NCBI GenBank assembly: GCA_965116875.1
Contig: OZ220733.1
Coordinates: forward strand, 2,208,001 to 2,272,000
Origin: Candidatus Latescibacterota bacterium
Lineage (GTDB): Bacteria > Latescibacterota > UBA2968 > GCA-2709665
Direction: 5' to 3'
DNA: 64,000 bases
Shown here: positions 10,581 through 18,607 of the stretch, one piece after another
Numbering within the stretch: the stretch's first letter is position 1
How the letters are laid out: each line of letters opens with the position of its first letter
Program-made: the position numbers and the translations under genes
Notes under the pieces: generated by a model
What the model was told of the DNA's origin: nothing
Databases searched by the model: none
The model's input: only the letters and a program-made list of their open reading frames with translations

Positions 10581-11857
10581 TCTTTCAGGGCCTTGTATTG
10601 CGCTTCAACCGTTCGGTCGATATCCTCATCCGTATGCGCCAGCGAGACAAACGTGGCTTCAAACTGGGAGGGCGCAAGATACACGCCCTGTTCCAGCATC
10701 AGACGGAAGTAGCGCGCGAAGGCATCCTGGTCGCAGGCCACGGCGGCTTCGTATCGTGTCACGGCGCGGTCCGTAAAGAACAGGGTCATCATCGACCCGA
10801 CCCGGTTCAGGCGAAAGGGCAATCCGAGCGACTTCAGGTTTTCCCGGAAACCGGCTTCCAGCGCGGCGGACTTTCCTTCGAGCGACTCATAGGCGCCCGG
10901 TTCACGGAGTTGCCTGAGCGTCTCGTAACCAGCCGTCATCGCGAGAGGATTGCCCGAAAGCGTCCCGGCCTGCGATACCCCCCTGCCGAGCGGCGAAATA
11001 TGCGACATGATCTCACGCCGTCCGCCGAACGCGCCCACCGGCAGGCCTCCGCCGATAATCTTCCCGAGCGTGGTCAGATCCGGAGTAATCCCGTACAACC
11101 CCTGGGCGCCGCCCGGATGAATGCGGAAACCCGTAATCACCTCGTCGAAGATCAGCACGATGCCCGAATCGGAGGTGAGGTCGCGCAGCCCCTGCAGGAA
11201 CCCCTCCGCCGGCGGAATCACGCCCATGTTTCCGGCCACCGGCTCGACGATGACCGCCGCGATCTCGTCCGGGTTCTCCGCCACGATCCGCTTGACCGCC
11301 TCAATGTGATTGAAGGGCGCCGTGACGGTACCCGACGCGGTTCCGGCGGTCACGCCGGGGCTGCTGGGCACTCCCATGGTCAGCGCCGACGACCCCGCCT
11401 GAATCAGGAAGCTGTCCGCGTGCCCGTGCCAGCAGCCTTCGAACTTGATCACCTTCTCCCTTCCCGTATACCCCCTGGCCAGACGTACCGCGGACATCGT
11501 GGCTTCCGTGCCCGAGTTTACCATGCGTACCATATCCACGCCAGGCACGAGTTCGGTGACCAGCCCGGCCATTGCAACCTCGATTTCCGTGGGCGCGCCG
11601 AAACTCGTTCCATGTTCGCAGACTTTCCTGATTGCCTCGACGACGACCGGTGGCGCGTGGCCGAGAATCAATGGGCCCCACGAGCAGACGTAGTCGATAT
11701 ATTCCCGCCGGTCCGCATCGAAAACCTTCGATCCGCATCCTCGCGTCACAAAAAGCGGCTGGCCGCCCACCGGGCCGAATGCCCGCGCCGGGCTGTTCAC
11801 CCCCCCGGGAATCACCCGCTGCGCCGCTTCGAATAACGCTGCCGAACGTTCACCCAA
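10568..11857 (-). CDS. hemL: Glutamate-1-semialdehyde 2,1-aminomutase
   Basis: [65 protein letters not shown]; TTG start with GGAGG RBS. Confidence 0.95.
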   Translation of the reverse strand: MGERSAALFEAAQRVIPGGVNSPARAFGPVGGQPLFVTRGCGSKVFDADRREYIDYVCSWGPLILGHAPPVVVEAIRKVCEHGTSFGAPTEIEVAMAGLVTELVPGVDMVRMVNSGTEATMSAVRLARGYTGREKVIKFEGCWHGHADSFLIQAGSSALTMGVPSSPGVTAGTASGTVTAPFNHIEAVKRIVAENPDEIAAVIVEPVAGNMGVIPPAEGFLQGLRDLTSDSGIVLIFDEVITGFRIHPGGAQGLYGITPDLTTLGKIIGGGLPVGAFGGRREIMSHISPLGRGVSQAGTLSGNPLAMTAGYETLRQLREPGAYESLEGKSAALEAGFRENLKSLGLPFRLNRVGSMMTLFFTDRAVTRYEAAVACDQDAFARYFRLMLEQGVYLAPSQFEATFVSLAHTDEDIDRTVEAQYKALKECVA

Positions 11858-11913
11858 TGAACACCTCCGTTTTCGTGGCGGCTTCGGGATCTTCCGTTGT
11901 TGCACACCAGCCC

Positions 11914-12081
11914 TTAACAGCCCGTTGAGGAAGTCCATCCGGGCTGCGGCCGGCCCTTGCAGCCGAAATACTGCGTTGCGCTCCCTCGCCGAATCGCAGG
12001 ATGGGACTCGGTCGCGCGCCTTGTCTTCGGCCACAATGGCTCGGCCTCGCCTGCAGAGCGACTTTCTCAACGGACTGTTAA
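11914..12081 (+). mobile_element. MITE family 1, full copy A (~166 bp), IS5/IS1182-like ends
   Basis: Terminal inverted repeats TTAACAGCCCGTTGAGGAAGTC / GACTTTCTCAACGGACTGTTAA; closely similar copy at 52717-53046. Confidence 0.8.
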
Positions 12082-12124
12082 TTTTCCGATTTTGACCGTC
12101 AATGTCAAGTGGCGATTTTTGGGC

Positions 12125-12152
12125 TTGCGACGCGGCACCCGCGACGTATATT
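12125..12152 (+). promoter_or_regulatory. Sigma70-type promoter for tRNA-like gene/uvrA
   Basis: TTGCGA-N16-TATATT upstream of the tRNA-like sequence. Confidence 0.5.
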
Positions 12153-12168
12153 TCGGGCGAACGTGTTC

Positions 12169-12234
12169 GCGGCAGCAGCTCACATTTGGCTTCGGACCGG
12201 AAGGTCGGCGGTTCGAGCCCTGTCTGCCGCACCA
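12169..12234 (+). pseudogene. tRNA-Arg(UCG)-like sequence with D-arm deletion (66 nt)
   Basis: Perfect 7-bp acceptor stem GCGGCAG/CTGCCGC plus ACCA; anticodon arm TTTGG-CT-TCG-GA-CCGGA; AGGTC variable loop; GGTTCGAGCCC T-loop; only GCTCA-CA remains of the D arm. Confidence 0.7.
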
Positions 12235-12282
12235 TCCGGAACCCCCGGTCGTCCAGTCGGGGTCTTGCCTCCCGTATCCCGC

Positions 12283-15054
12283 ATGCCACCCGTCAACGAA
12301 GCGATCCGCATTAGAGGCGCCCGCCAGCATAACCTGCGGGGCCTCGATCTCGACATACCCAAGAACCGGTTCGTGGTCATCACGGGTCCGTCCGGCTCGG
12401 GGAAATCCTCGCTTGCGTTCGACACGATCTACGCTGAAGGACAGCGCAGGTACGTCGAGGCGATGTCCGCCCACGCGAGACGGTTCCTCGAGGTGATGGA
12501 AAGACCGGACGTGGACAGCATCGACGGCCTCTCTCCGGCCGTGGCGATTCAACAGCGGCGGGCCGCGGGAAGCGCCAGGTCGACGGTTGGGACCCTTACG
12601 GAAGTCCATGACCATCTCAGAATCCTGTTCGCGCGTGCCGGTATGCCGCATTGCCCGAACTGCGGCAAACGCCTTGCATCCCGGACCGTGGGTGAGATTG
12701 TGGATACCGTGCTGGCGCTGCCCGATGGTGCGCGTCTTCGGATTCTGGCGCCGCGGATTCGAGAACGAAAGGGTCGTTTCGATCAGGAACTGGAACGTCT
12801 CCGGCGCGACGGATACGTGCGCGTGCGAATCGACGGAGAGGAACGCGCCCTGGACGATGAGATTCGCCTGGACCCAACGAAACCGCACACGATCGACGCG
12901 GTTGTCGACCGTCTGGTCGTCCGTCCGAAAATCGAACGCCGGCTGGCCGACTCACTGGAAACCGCCCTTTCCCTTTCCGGGGGTATGGTCGTTCTGGATA
13001 TCCTCGAAGGCCGCGAGTTGCACTTTTCAACCCGGCTGATCTGCCGGGACTGCGACGTCGGCTTTGTGGAACCGTCCCCGCGTCTGTTCTCGTTCAACGG
13101 ACCGTACGGCGCCTGTCCGGCCTGTAACGGAATGGGCGTGAGGACCGATATCGACCCCGACACCGTCGTCCCGGACCCGCACCGTTCCATCGCCGAGGGC
13201 GCCATCGCACCCTGGGGCGTCCCCAAGGGCCGTGCGACGCTCGATCTGCTCCAGAGGCTTGCGGACCGGTATCGTCTCGATCTCGCCGCGCCGTTCGCGT
13301 CTCTGCCGCCCGAGGCGAAGGAGGCCATTCTGTCGGGCGATCGTTCCCTCGGCTTCGACGGCGTAATCCCCTCCCTGAAAAAGCGGCTTGCGGATGCCGG
13401 CTCGGACGACGCGGCATCAAGACGGGATCCGTACGCCCGCACCGTCGACTGTTCCGACTGCGGCGGCGCAAGATTGCGAACGGAGGCCCTCTCGGTCAGG
13501 ATCGAAGGCATGAACATCGCGCAGGTGTCGGCCATGAGCGTCGATGACGCCATTGATTTCATGGATCGCCTGGAGGGCAGGCTTGGGCCCCGTGACGTCG
13601 TTGAACCCGTTCTTCTCGAGATCCGCAACCGGCTTGTCTTCCTGAGGGACGTGGGCGTGGGCTATCTCACCCTGGAAAGAAACGTCGCCTCGCTCTCAGG
13701 CGGCGAAACACAGCGGATCCGCATGGCCACGCAAATCGGCGCCCGCCTGTCCGGAGTACTCTACGTTCTGGACGAACCCAGTGTCGGTTTGCACCCCAGG
13801 GACAACCGGAAGCTGATCCATACGCTCGAAATGCTCCGTGACCACGGCAATACCGTTCTGGTGGTGGAGCACGACCGGGAAACCATGCTGGCGGCGGACC
13901 ATCTGATCGACCTCGGTCCGGGAGCGGGCGAGGAGGGCGGCGAACTGATGGCCGAGGGCGCCGCCCGGGATATCATGACCGCCGGTGAAGGCATCACGGG
14001 CGCGTATCTGTCCGGACGGAAGACCATCCCCCCGCCTCCCGAAAGACGGGAACCCACCGGCCGGATCGAATTGAAGGGCGCGCGAGGACACAATCTCAAG
14101 TCAATCGACGTATCCCTCCCGCTGGGCATACTCGTCTGCGTCACCGGCGTTTCCGGGTCGGGCAAGAGTACGCTGATCAACGGGACGCTTTACGCGGCAC
14201 TGGCGAAGATGCTTCACAACGCCTCCGCCGAACCTCTCGCGCACGACGGTATCGAGGGCATGTCGAAAATCGACAAGATCATTCGTATCGACCAGACGCC
14301 CATCGGCCGCACGCCCAGGTCGAACCCGGCCACCTACACGGACCTCTTCTCGGACATCCGCGATCTCTACGCGCAACTGCCGGAATCCAGGGTTCGCGGA
14401 TATACGCCGGGTCGATTCAGCTTCAACCTGAAGGGCGGCCGATGCGAGCCCTGCCAGGGCGACGGCCTCAGACGGATCGAAATGGACTTTCTTCCGGACG
14501 TCTACGTGACCTGCGACGCATGCGGCGGCAGCCGATACAACAGGGAAACCCTGGAAATCCGTTACAAGGGCTGTACGATCGCAGACGTTCTGGATATGAC
14601 CGCGGAGAGGGCGCTCACCTTTTTCAGGGATATACCGGGCGCAAGCCGGAAGCTGAAGACGCTTTCGGAGGTCGGCCTGGGATACATCCGGCTGGGCCAA
14701 TCGGCAACCGCCCTTTCCGGAGGCGAAGCACAGCGCATAAAGCTGGCCGCTGAACTTTCCCGTGTGGCAACCGGAAAAACGATGTATATTCTGGACGAAC
14801 CGACAACCGGGCTGCACTTCGAGGACATCCGGTCGCTTATCGCCGTTCTCGACCGGCTGGTGGACAGGGGCAACTCCGTCTTTGTCATCGAACACAATCT
14901 GGATGTGGTGAAACGGGCGGACTGGATTGTCGACCTCGGCCCCGACGGCGGCGATTCCGGCGGCCGGATCGTCGCCGAGGGTCCCCCGGAACGCATTGCC
15001 GCGGCGCCGTCCTCCCACACGGGTCGCTTTCTTAAAGAGGTGATCGAATCATGA
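12283..15054 (+). CDS. uvrA: Excinuclease ABC subunit A
   Basis: [11 protein letters not shown], two Walker A ([18 protein letters not shown]), two LSGGE signatures, zinc modules, [12 protein letters not shown]. Confidence 0.97.
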   Translation: MPPVNEAIRIRGARQHNLRGLDLDIPKNRFVVITGPSGSGKSSLAFDTIYAEGQRRYVEAMSAHARRFLEVMERPDVDSIDGLSPAVAIQQRRAAGSARSTVGTLTEVHDHLRILFARAGMPHCPNCGKRLASRTVGEIVDTVLALPDGARLRILAPRIRERKGRFDQELERLRRDGYVRVRIDGEERALDDEIRLDPTKPHTIDAVVDRLVVRPKIERRLADSLETALSLSGGMVVLDILEGRELHFSTRLICRDCDVGFVEPSPRLFSFNGPYGACPACNGMGVRTDIDPDTVVPDPHRSIAEGAIAPWGVPKGRATLDLLQRLADRYRLDLAAPFASLPPEAKEAILSGDRSLGFDGVIPSLKKRLADAGSDDAASRRDPYARTVDCSDCGGARLRTEALSVRIEGMNIAQVSAMSVDDAIDFMDRLEGRLGPRDVVEPVLLEIRNRLVFLRDVGVGYLTLERNVASLSGGETQRIRMATQIGARLSGVLYVLDEPSVGLHPRDNRKLIHTLEMLRDHGNTVLVVEHDRETMLAADHLIDLGPGAGEEGGELMAEGAARDIMTAGEGITGAYLSGRKTIPPPPERREPTGRIELKGARGHNLKSIDVSLPLGILVCVTGVSGSGKSTLINGTLYAALAKMLHNASAEPLAHDGIEGMSKIDKIIRIDQTPIGRTPRSNPATYTDLFSDIRDLYAQLPESRVRGYTPGRFSFNLKGGRCEPCQGDGLRRIEMDFLPDVYVTCDACGGSRYNRETLEIRYKGCTIADVLDMTAERALTFFRDIPGASRKLKTLSEVGLGYIRLGQSATALSGGEAQRIKLAAELSRVATGKTMYILDEPTTGLHFEDIRSLIAVLDRLVDRGNSVFVIEHNLDVVKRADWIVDLGPDGGDSGGRIVAEGPPERIAAAPSSHTGRFLKEVIES

Positions 15055-15692
15055 TCCGCATCGACTTCGGCACCCTGTACGAATTTGAACGGGAAGACAA
15101 CAGTCGCCGTCGGGAAAACCGGAAGAAGATCCAGGACTTTCTCAGCCTGTGCGAGACGCACAAGGCCACCATTGTCGAGCAGCGGGACTGGAACACACGC
15201 GACCTCATCCATTTCCTGGGTATCTCGCCCAACCTCGTCTTCACCATCACGATTTCGGAAAAATACCTGGGCGTCCAAACCAGCCAGATCCGCGAGAAAT
15301 TCCAGACGTTCAGGGCCGAATACGTTTCCGTGCCCGATCGGCAGGCGATATCTCTCGAGCAGCCTCCGGCGGAAAAACTGGGCCTTCACGACGTTGTGAA
15401 CTGCCCGTCGTGCGGGAAGAACACGCCCTACGACGGATACTTTCAGCACTGTGTGCGTTGCGGCGAAAAGCTGGATACGATGGTGAAGTCATGCAAGACC
15501 TGCACTCACGGCGTCCTTTACCATCCCTCGTATGCCTGCTGCCCCATCTGCGGCAACGAACTCCAACCGGATTACGACAGCCCCCCTCTGAACGAGCTGG
15601 ACCCCCACGGCCTGATCTGGGGCATCTCGAACAAAGAAGAAACCGCCGAAGAAGGCGAAGACCTCTTCGGCGGCGGCGGTCCGCTTGGGTAG
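15051..15692 (+). CDS. Hypothetical protein with double zinc ribbon (4 CxxC) and acidic tail
   Basis: CPSC, CVRC, CKTC, CPIC; ATGA overlap with uvrA stop and GAGGTG RBS. Confidence 0.75.
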   Translation: MIRIDFGTLYEFEREDNSRRRENRKKIQDFLSLCETHKATIVEQRDWNTRDLIHFLGISPNLVFTITISEKYLGVQTSQIREKFQTFRAEYVSVPDRQAISLEQPPAEKLGLHDVVNCPSCGKNTPYDGYFQHCVRCGEKLDTMVKSCKTCTHGVLYHPSYACCPICGNELQPDYDSPPLNELDPHGLIWGISNKEETAEEGEDLFGGGGPLG

Positions 15693-15725
15693 AGTCAGTC
15701 CGAATCCGTCCTTTCCGCTTCCCTT

Positions 15726-16298
15726 TCACACACCCTCGCCCGTATCGTAGACGAAGTTATTTTCGGCGTCGGCGAGTGTGGGGAGTTCGAGGTCCTTCAC
15801 CGAGAGAATTGGATCGGAAACCGGCCAGTCGATGCCAACGGCCGGATCGTTCCACAGGATCCCCCGGTCCAGATCGGGCGCAAACTCCGACGTGACCTTG
15901 TAGACGAATTCGGCCTCATCGCTCAGCACGCAGAACCCGTGGGCAAAACCCTCCGGAACGTAGAACATCCTGAAATTCCCTTCCGACAGCACAACCCCCT
16001 CCCACTTTCCAAAGGTGGGCGCATTCCTGCGGATATCCACGGCAACGTCGAACACCTCGCCCTTCACAACCCTCACCAGCTTGGCCTGTGCCTTCGGATG
16101 CAATTGATAGTGCATTCCCCTCAGAACGCCCCCTGCCGAATGGGAATGGATATCCTGTACGAACTCGGCGGCAATTCCGTTGGCTTCGAAATCCGATTTC
16201 TTGTAAGACTCCATCAGAAAACCGCGACTGTCCTCAAAGACCCGGGGTTCAACCAGAATGAGTCCGGGAATTCCCAATCTTTGGAACCGGAACGGCAT
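15726..16298 (-). CDS. rfbC: dTDP-4-dehydrorhamnose 3,5-epimerase
   Basis: FEDSRGFLMESY, GVLRGMHYQ, QAKLVRV, DVAVDIR, VPEGFAHGF, WNDP. Confidence 0.95.
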   Translation of the reverse strand: MPFRFQRLGIPGLILVEPRVFEDSRGFLMESYKKSDFEANGIAAEFVQDIHSHSAGGVLRGMHYQLHPKAQAKLVRVVKGEVFDVAVDIRRNAPTFGKWEGVVLSEGNFRMFYVPEGFAHGFCVLSDEAEFVYKVTSEFAPDLDRGILWNDPAVGIDWPVSDPILSVKDLELPTLADAENNFVYDTGEGV

Positions 16299-16338
16299 GC
16301 AGTTTCCTTTCCGGGAGAAATACGCACGACGGGGATTG

Positions 16339-16501
16339 GTGTCCTGTCCCAAAAATTCCTCACCATTCGACCGCCGATTCATCCCGTCTCGCTGCTTTCC
16401 CCTCGTTCGCCGACCATACACAGGTCGCCTGCGCTCAGGCGCCTTGCGAGCCGTGCGACTCAGCGGTCGAATTCAGGCAACTTATTTCCGGGACAGAACA
16501 C
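16339..16501 (-). mobile_element. MITE family 2, free-standing copy (~163 bp), IS630-like ends
   Basis: Ends GTGTCCTGTCCCAAAAAT / ATTTCCGGGACAGAACAC(TA); aligns end to end in reverse with 52845-53006. Confidence 0.75.
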
Positions 16502-17535
16502 TATGACCGCGGGGACGAACCCTGCTTCCAGCCCTCTTCGTCCACGTCCAGGCGTTTCAGCAGGGGTTCCCACCATGCGCGGTTGTCCGTGTACCAGAGT
16601 ACAGTCTCTTTGAATCCGCGTTCAAATGAAACTTCCGGACGCCAACCGAGTTGCGTGCGCAGCTTGTTCGAGTCGAGAAGGTATCTTCGGTCGTGTCCGG
16701 GGCGGTCCGGAACGTAGACCTTGTGGGATCCGTCCAGCCCGAGCACGTCCAGAATCGAATCTGCAATCGTCTCCACGTCCACCTCAACGCCGCTCCCAAC
16801 GTTGTACGTCTCCCCGATGGTACCCCTCTTCAGGATCAGGTCGATTGCCCGGCAGTGGTCCTCCACGTGCAGCCACTCCCGCTTGTTCCGGCTGCTCTTG
16901 TAGAGCGTCATCTTCTTTCCGTCGAGCAGGTGCGTGACGAACAGCGGGATTACCTTTTCCGGGAATTGATACGGCCCGTAGTTGTTCGCGCAATTGGAAA
17001 TCGTAACCGGCAGCCCGAACGTGAGATGGAACGCCCGGACCGCCAGATCGGCCGCGGCTTTCGATGCGTTGTACGGCGTACGCGGCTGATATGGGTCGGT
17101 CTCCGAAAAGCTCGCTTCAGAGTCCAGCGGCAGGTCCCCGTAGACCTCGCAGGTGGAAATGTGGTGGAACCTGGGCACTCCGGCGTCGTGAGCCGCCCTC
17201 AGGAGGCGCTGGGTCCCCAGCACGTTGGTTTCGAAGAAGACGTCGGGATTGACAACCGCCCGGCTGTTGTGCGACTCGGCGGCGAAATTCACGATGCAGT
17301 CCGGCTTGTGCCGTTCGAGAAGGTCCCGCGTCAGCCTGTAGTCGCCGATATCCCCCTGAACGAACTCGTACCTGCCGGCACAGGCTCCGGCAACGTCGGC
17401 CAGGTTTTCCGGAATCCCCGCGTACGTGAGCAGATCGTAATTAACGACGGTGTCGTCCGGGTACCTGGACAGCCAGTACCGTATGAAGTTCGATCCGATG
17501 AACCCTGCCCCGCCCGTCACGAATATCCCGCCCAT
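16501..17535 (-). CDS. rfbB: dTDP-glucose 4,6-dehydratase
   Basis: VTGGAGFIGSNF, NFAAESH, HISTCEVYG, PYNASK, NNYGPYQFPEKVIP, DRPGHDRRY. Confidence 0.93.
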   Translation of the reverse strand: MGGIFVTGGAGFIGSNFIRYWLSRYPDDTVVNYDLLTYAGIPENLADVAGACAGRYEFVQGDIGDYRLTRDLLERHKPDCIVNFAAESHNSRAVVNPDVFFETNVLGTQRLLRAAHDAGVPRFHHISTCEVYGDLPLDSEASFSETDPYQPRTPYNASKAAADLAVRAFHLTFGLPVTISNCANNYGPYQFPEKVIPLFVTHLLDGKKMTLYKSSRNKREWLHVEDHCRAIDLILKRGTIGETYNVGSGVEVDVETIADSILDVLGLDGSHKVYVPDRPGHDRRYLLDSNKLRTQLGWRPEVSFERGFKETVLWYTDNRAWWEPLLKRLDVDEEGWKQGSSPRS

Positions 17536-17544
17536 ATTGTACCC

Positions 17545-18522
17545 CTATAAGAACAAGATCCCGGTTAACGCCAGGTACGCGCCGTATATCGCAAGCAACA
17601 CGACTCCCTCGATCCGGGTCAGCCGGTGCCCCGTGCGCATCATGATGAGCATCGCGAAAACGATCACCAGCATCGCCGGGAATGAAAAGTGGATTACCTT
17701 TTGCGTCACCACGAGCGGATTGACCACCGCGGATGCGCCGGCGATCCAGCAGATATTCAGGATATCCGCTCCCAGGATATTGCCGACCACGATCTCGCCG
17801 TGCCCTCTCCTGGCGGCCGTGACCCCGGTGGCGATCTCAGGCAACGACGTGCCAATGGCAATCACCGTGAGCGCAATCACCGCTTCGCTGACGTCCAACG
17901 CCTTGGCGATGACCACGGCGGATTCCACGATAAAATGACTTGAAATCAGCACCCCCACCAGTCCCACGCAGAACCAGAGCATCAATGTCCCGAGACCTCG
18001 ACCCTCGATGGACGCCTCGATCTCCTTGAGATCCTCCATCCGGTTCCCTTCAGCCTCGGATGAACGACTGCGTGTGACGTAGGTAAAGACCGTGTACGCC
18101 ACGAAGAGCAGGAGCAGCACGCCGCCCTCGATCCGGTCCAGCGTGCCGTCGAACGCCATCCCGTAAGCCGCCAGATCTACGACGACCAGAAAGATTCCCG
18201 TCGTCCACAGCAGATACGGATTGATGAGGATGGGCGACCCGGCCACGAGGACGCCCAGCGCGAGCGCGACGCCGTCGTCCACGATCACGGACCCGATGGC
18301 ATTGCCAAGCGCCATCTCGGGATGGCCCTCGAGTGCGGCGAGTACTGAAACCGCCAGTTCGGGTGAGGTCGTCGCTAGGCTCACCAGCACGATGCCGATC
18401 AGCATTTTCGGTACGTTCAGGAATTCGGCAATCCCTACGGCTCCGTCCACAAACCAGGACGCGCATTTGGAAAGCACCGCGAAACACACCGCAAGAACGC
18501 AGACTGCAACCGTTATACTCAT
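17545..18522 (-). CDS. Calcium/sodium antiporter (YrbG/CaCA family)
   Basis: Two alpha repeats ATTSPEL...GNAIGS and GTSLPEI...GNILGADILN; multiple TM helices. Confidence 0.9.
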   Translation of the reverse strand: MSITVAVCVLAVCFAVLSKCASWFVDGAVGIAEFLNVPKMLIGIVLVSLATTSPELAVSVLAALEGHPEMALGNAIGSVIVDDGVALALGVLVAGSPILINPYLLWTTGIFLVVVDLAAYGMAFDGTLDRIEGGVLLLLFVAYTVFTYVTRSRSSEAEGNRMEDLKEIEASIEGRGLGTLMLWFCVGLVGVLISSHFIVESAVVIAKALDVSEAVIALTVIAIGTSLPEIATGVTAARRGHGEIVVGNILGADILNICWIAGASAVVNPLVVTQKVIHFSFPAMLVIVFAMLIMMRTGHRLTRIEGVVLLAIYGAYLALTGILFL

Positions 18523-18607
18523 ATAAAACAATCCTTTATCAGTCTATACAGACGCTCGCCACCTGGCCGGCGCAGCGGGCTTCGACGGCCGTGGCGGAAC
18601 GCGCCGC

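Noticed and set aside
11858-12289. Long N-terminal extensions of hemL and uvrA in the ORF track (also the M20 gene 43044-43157 and MocA-like gene 37694-37900)
   Set aside because: They are translations of MITE, tRNA-like or promoter DNA; family-consistent starts lie downstream.
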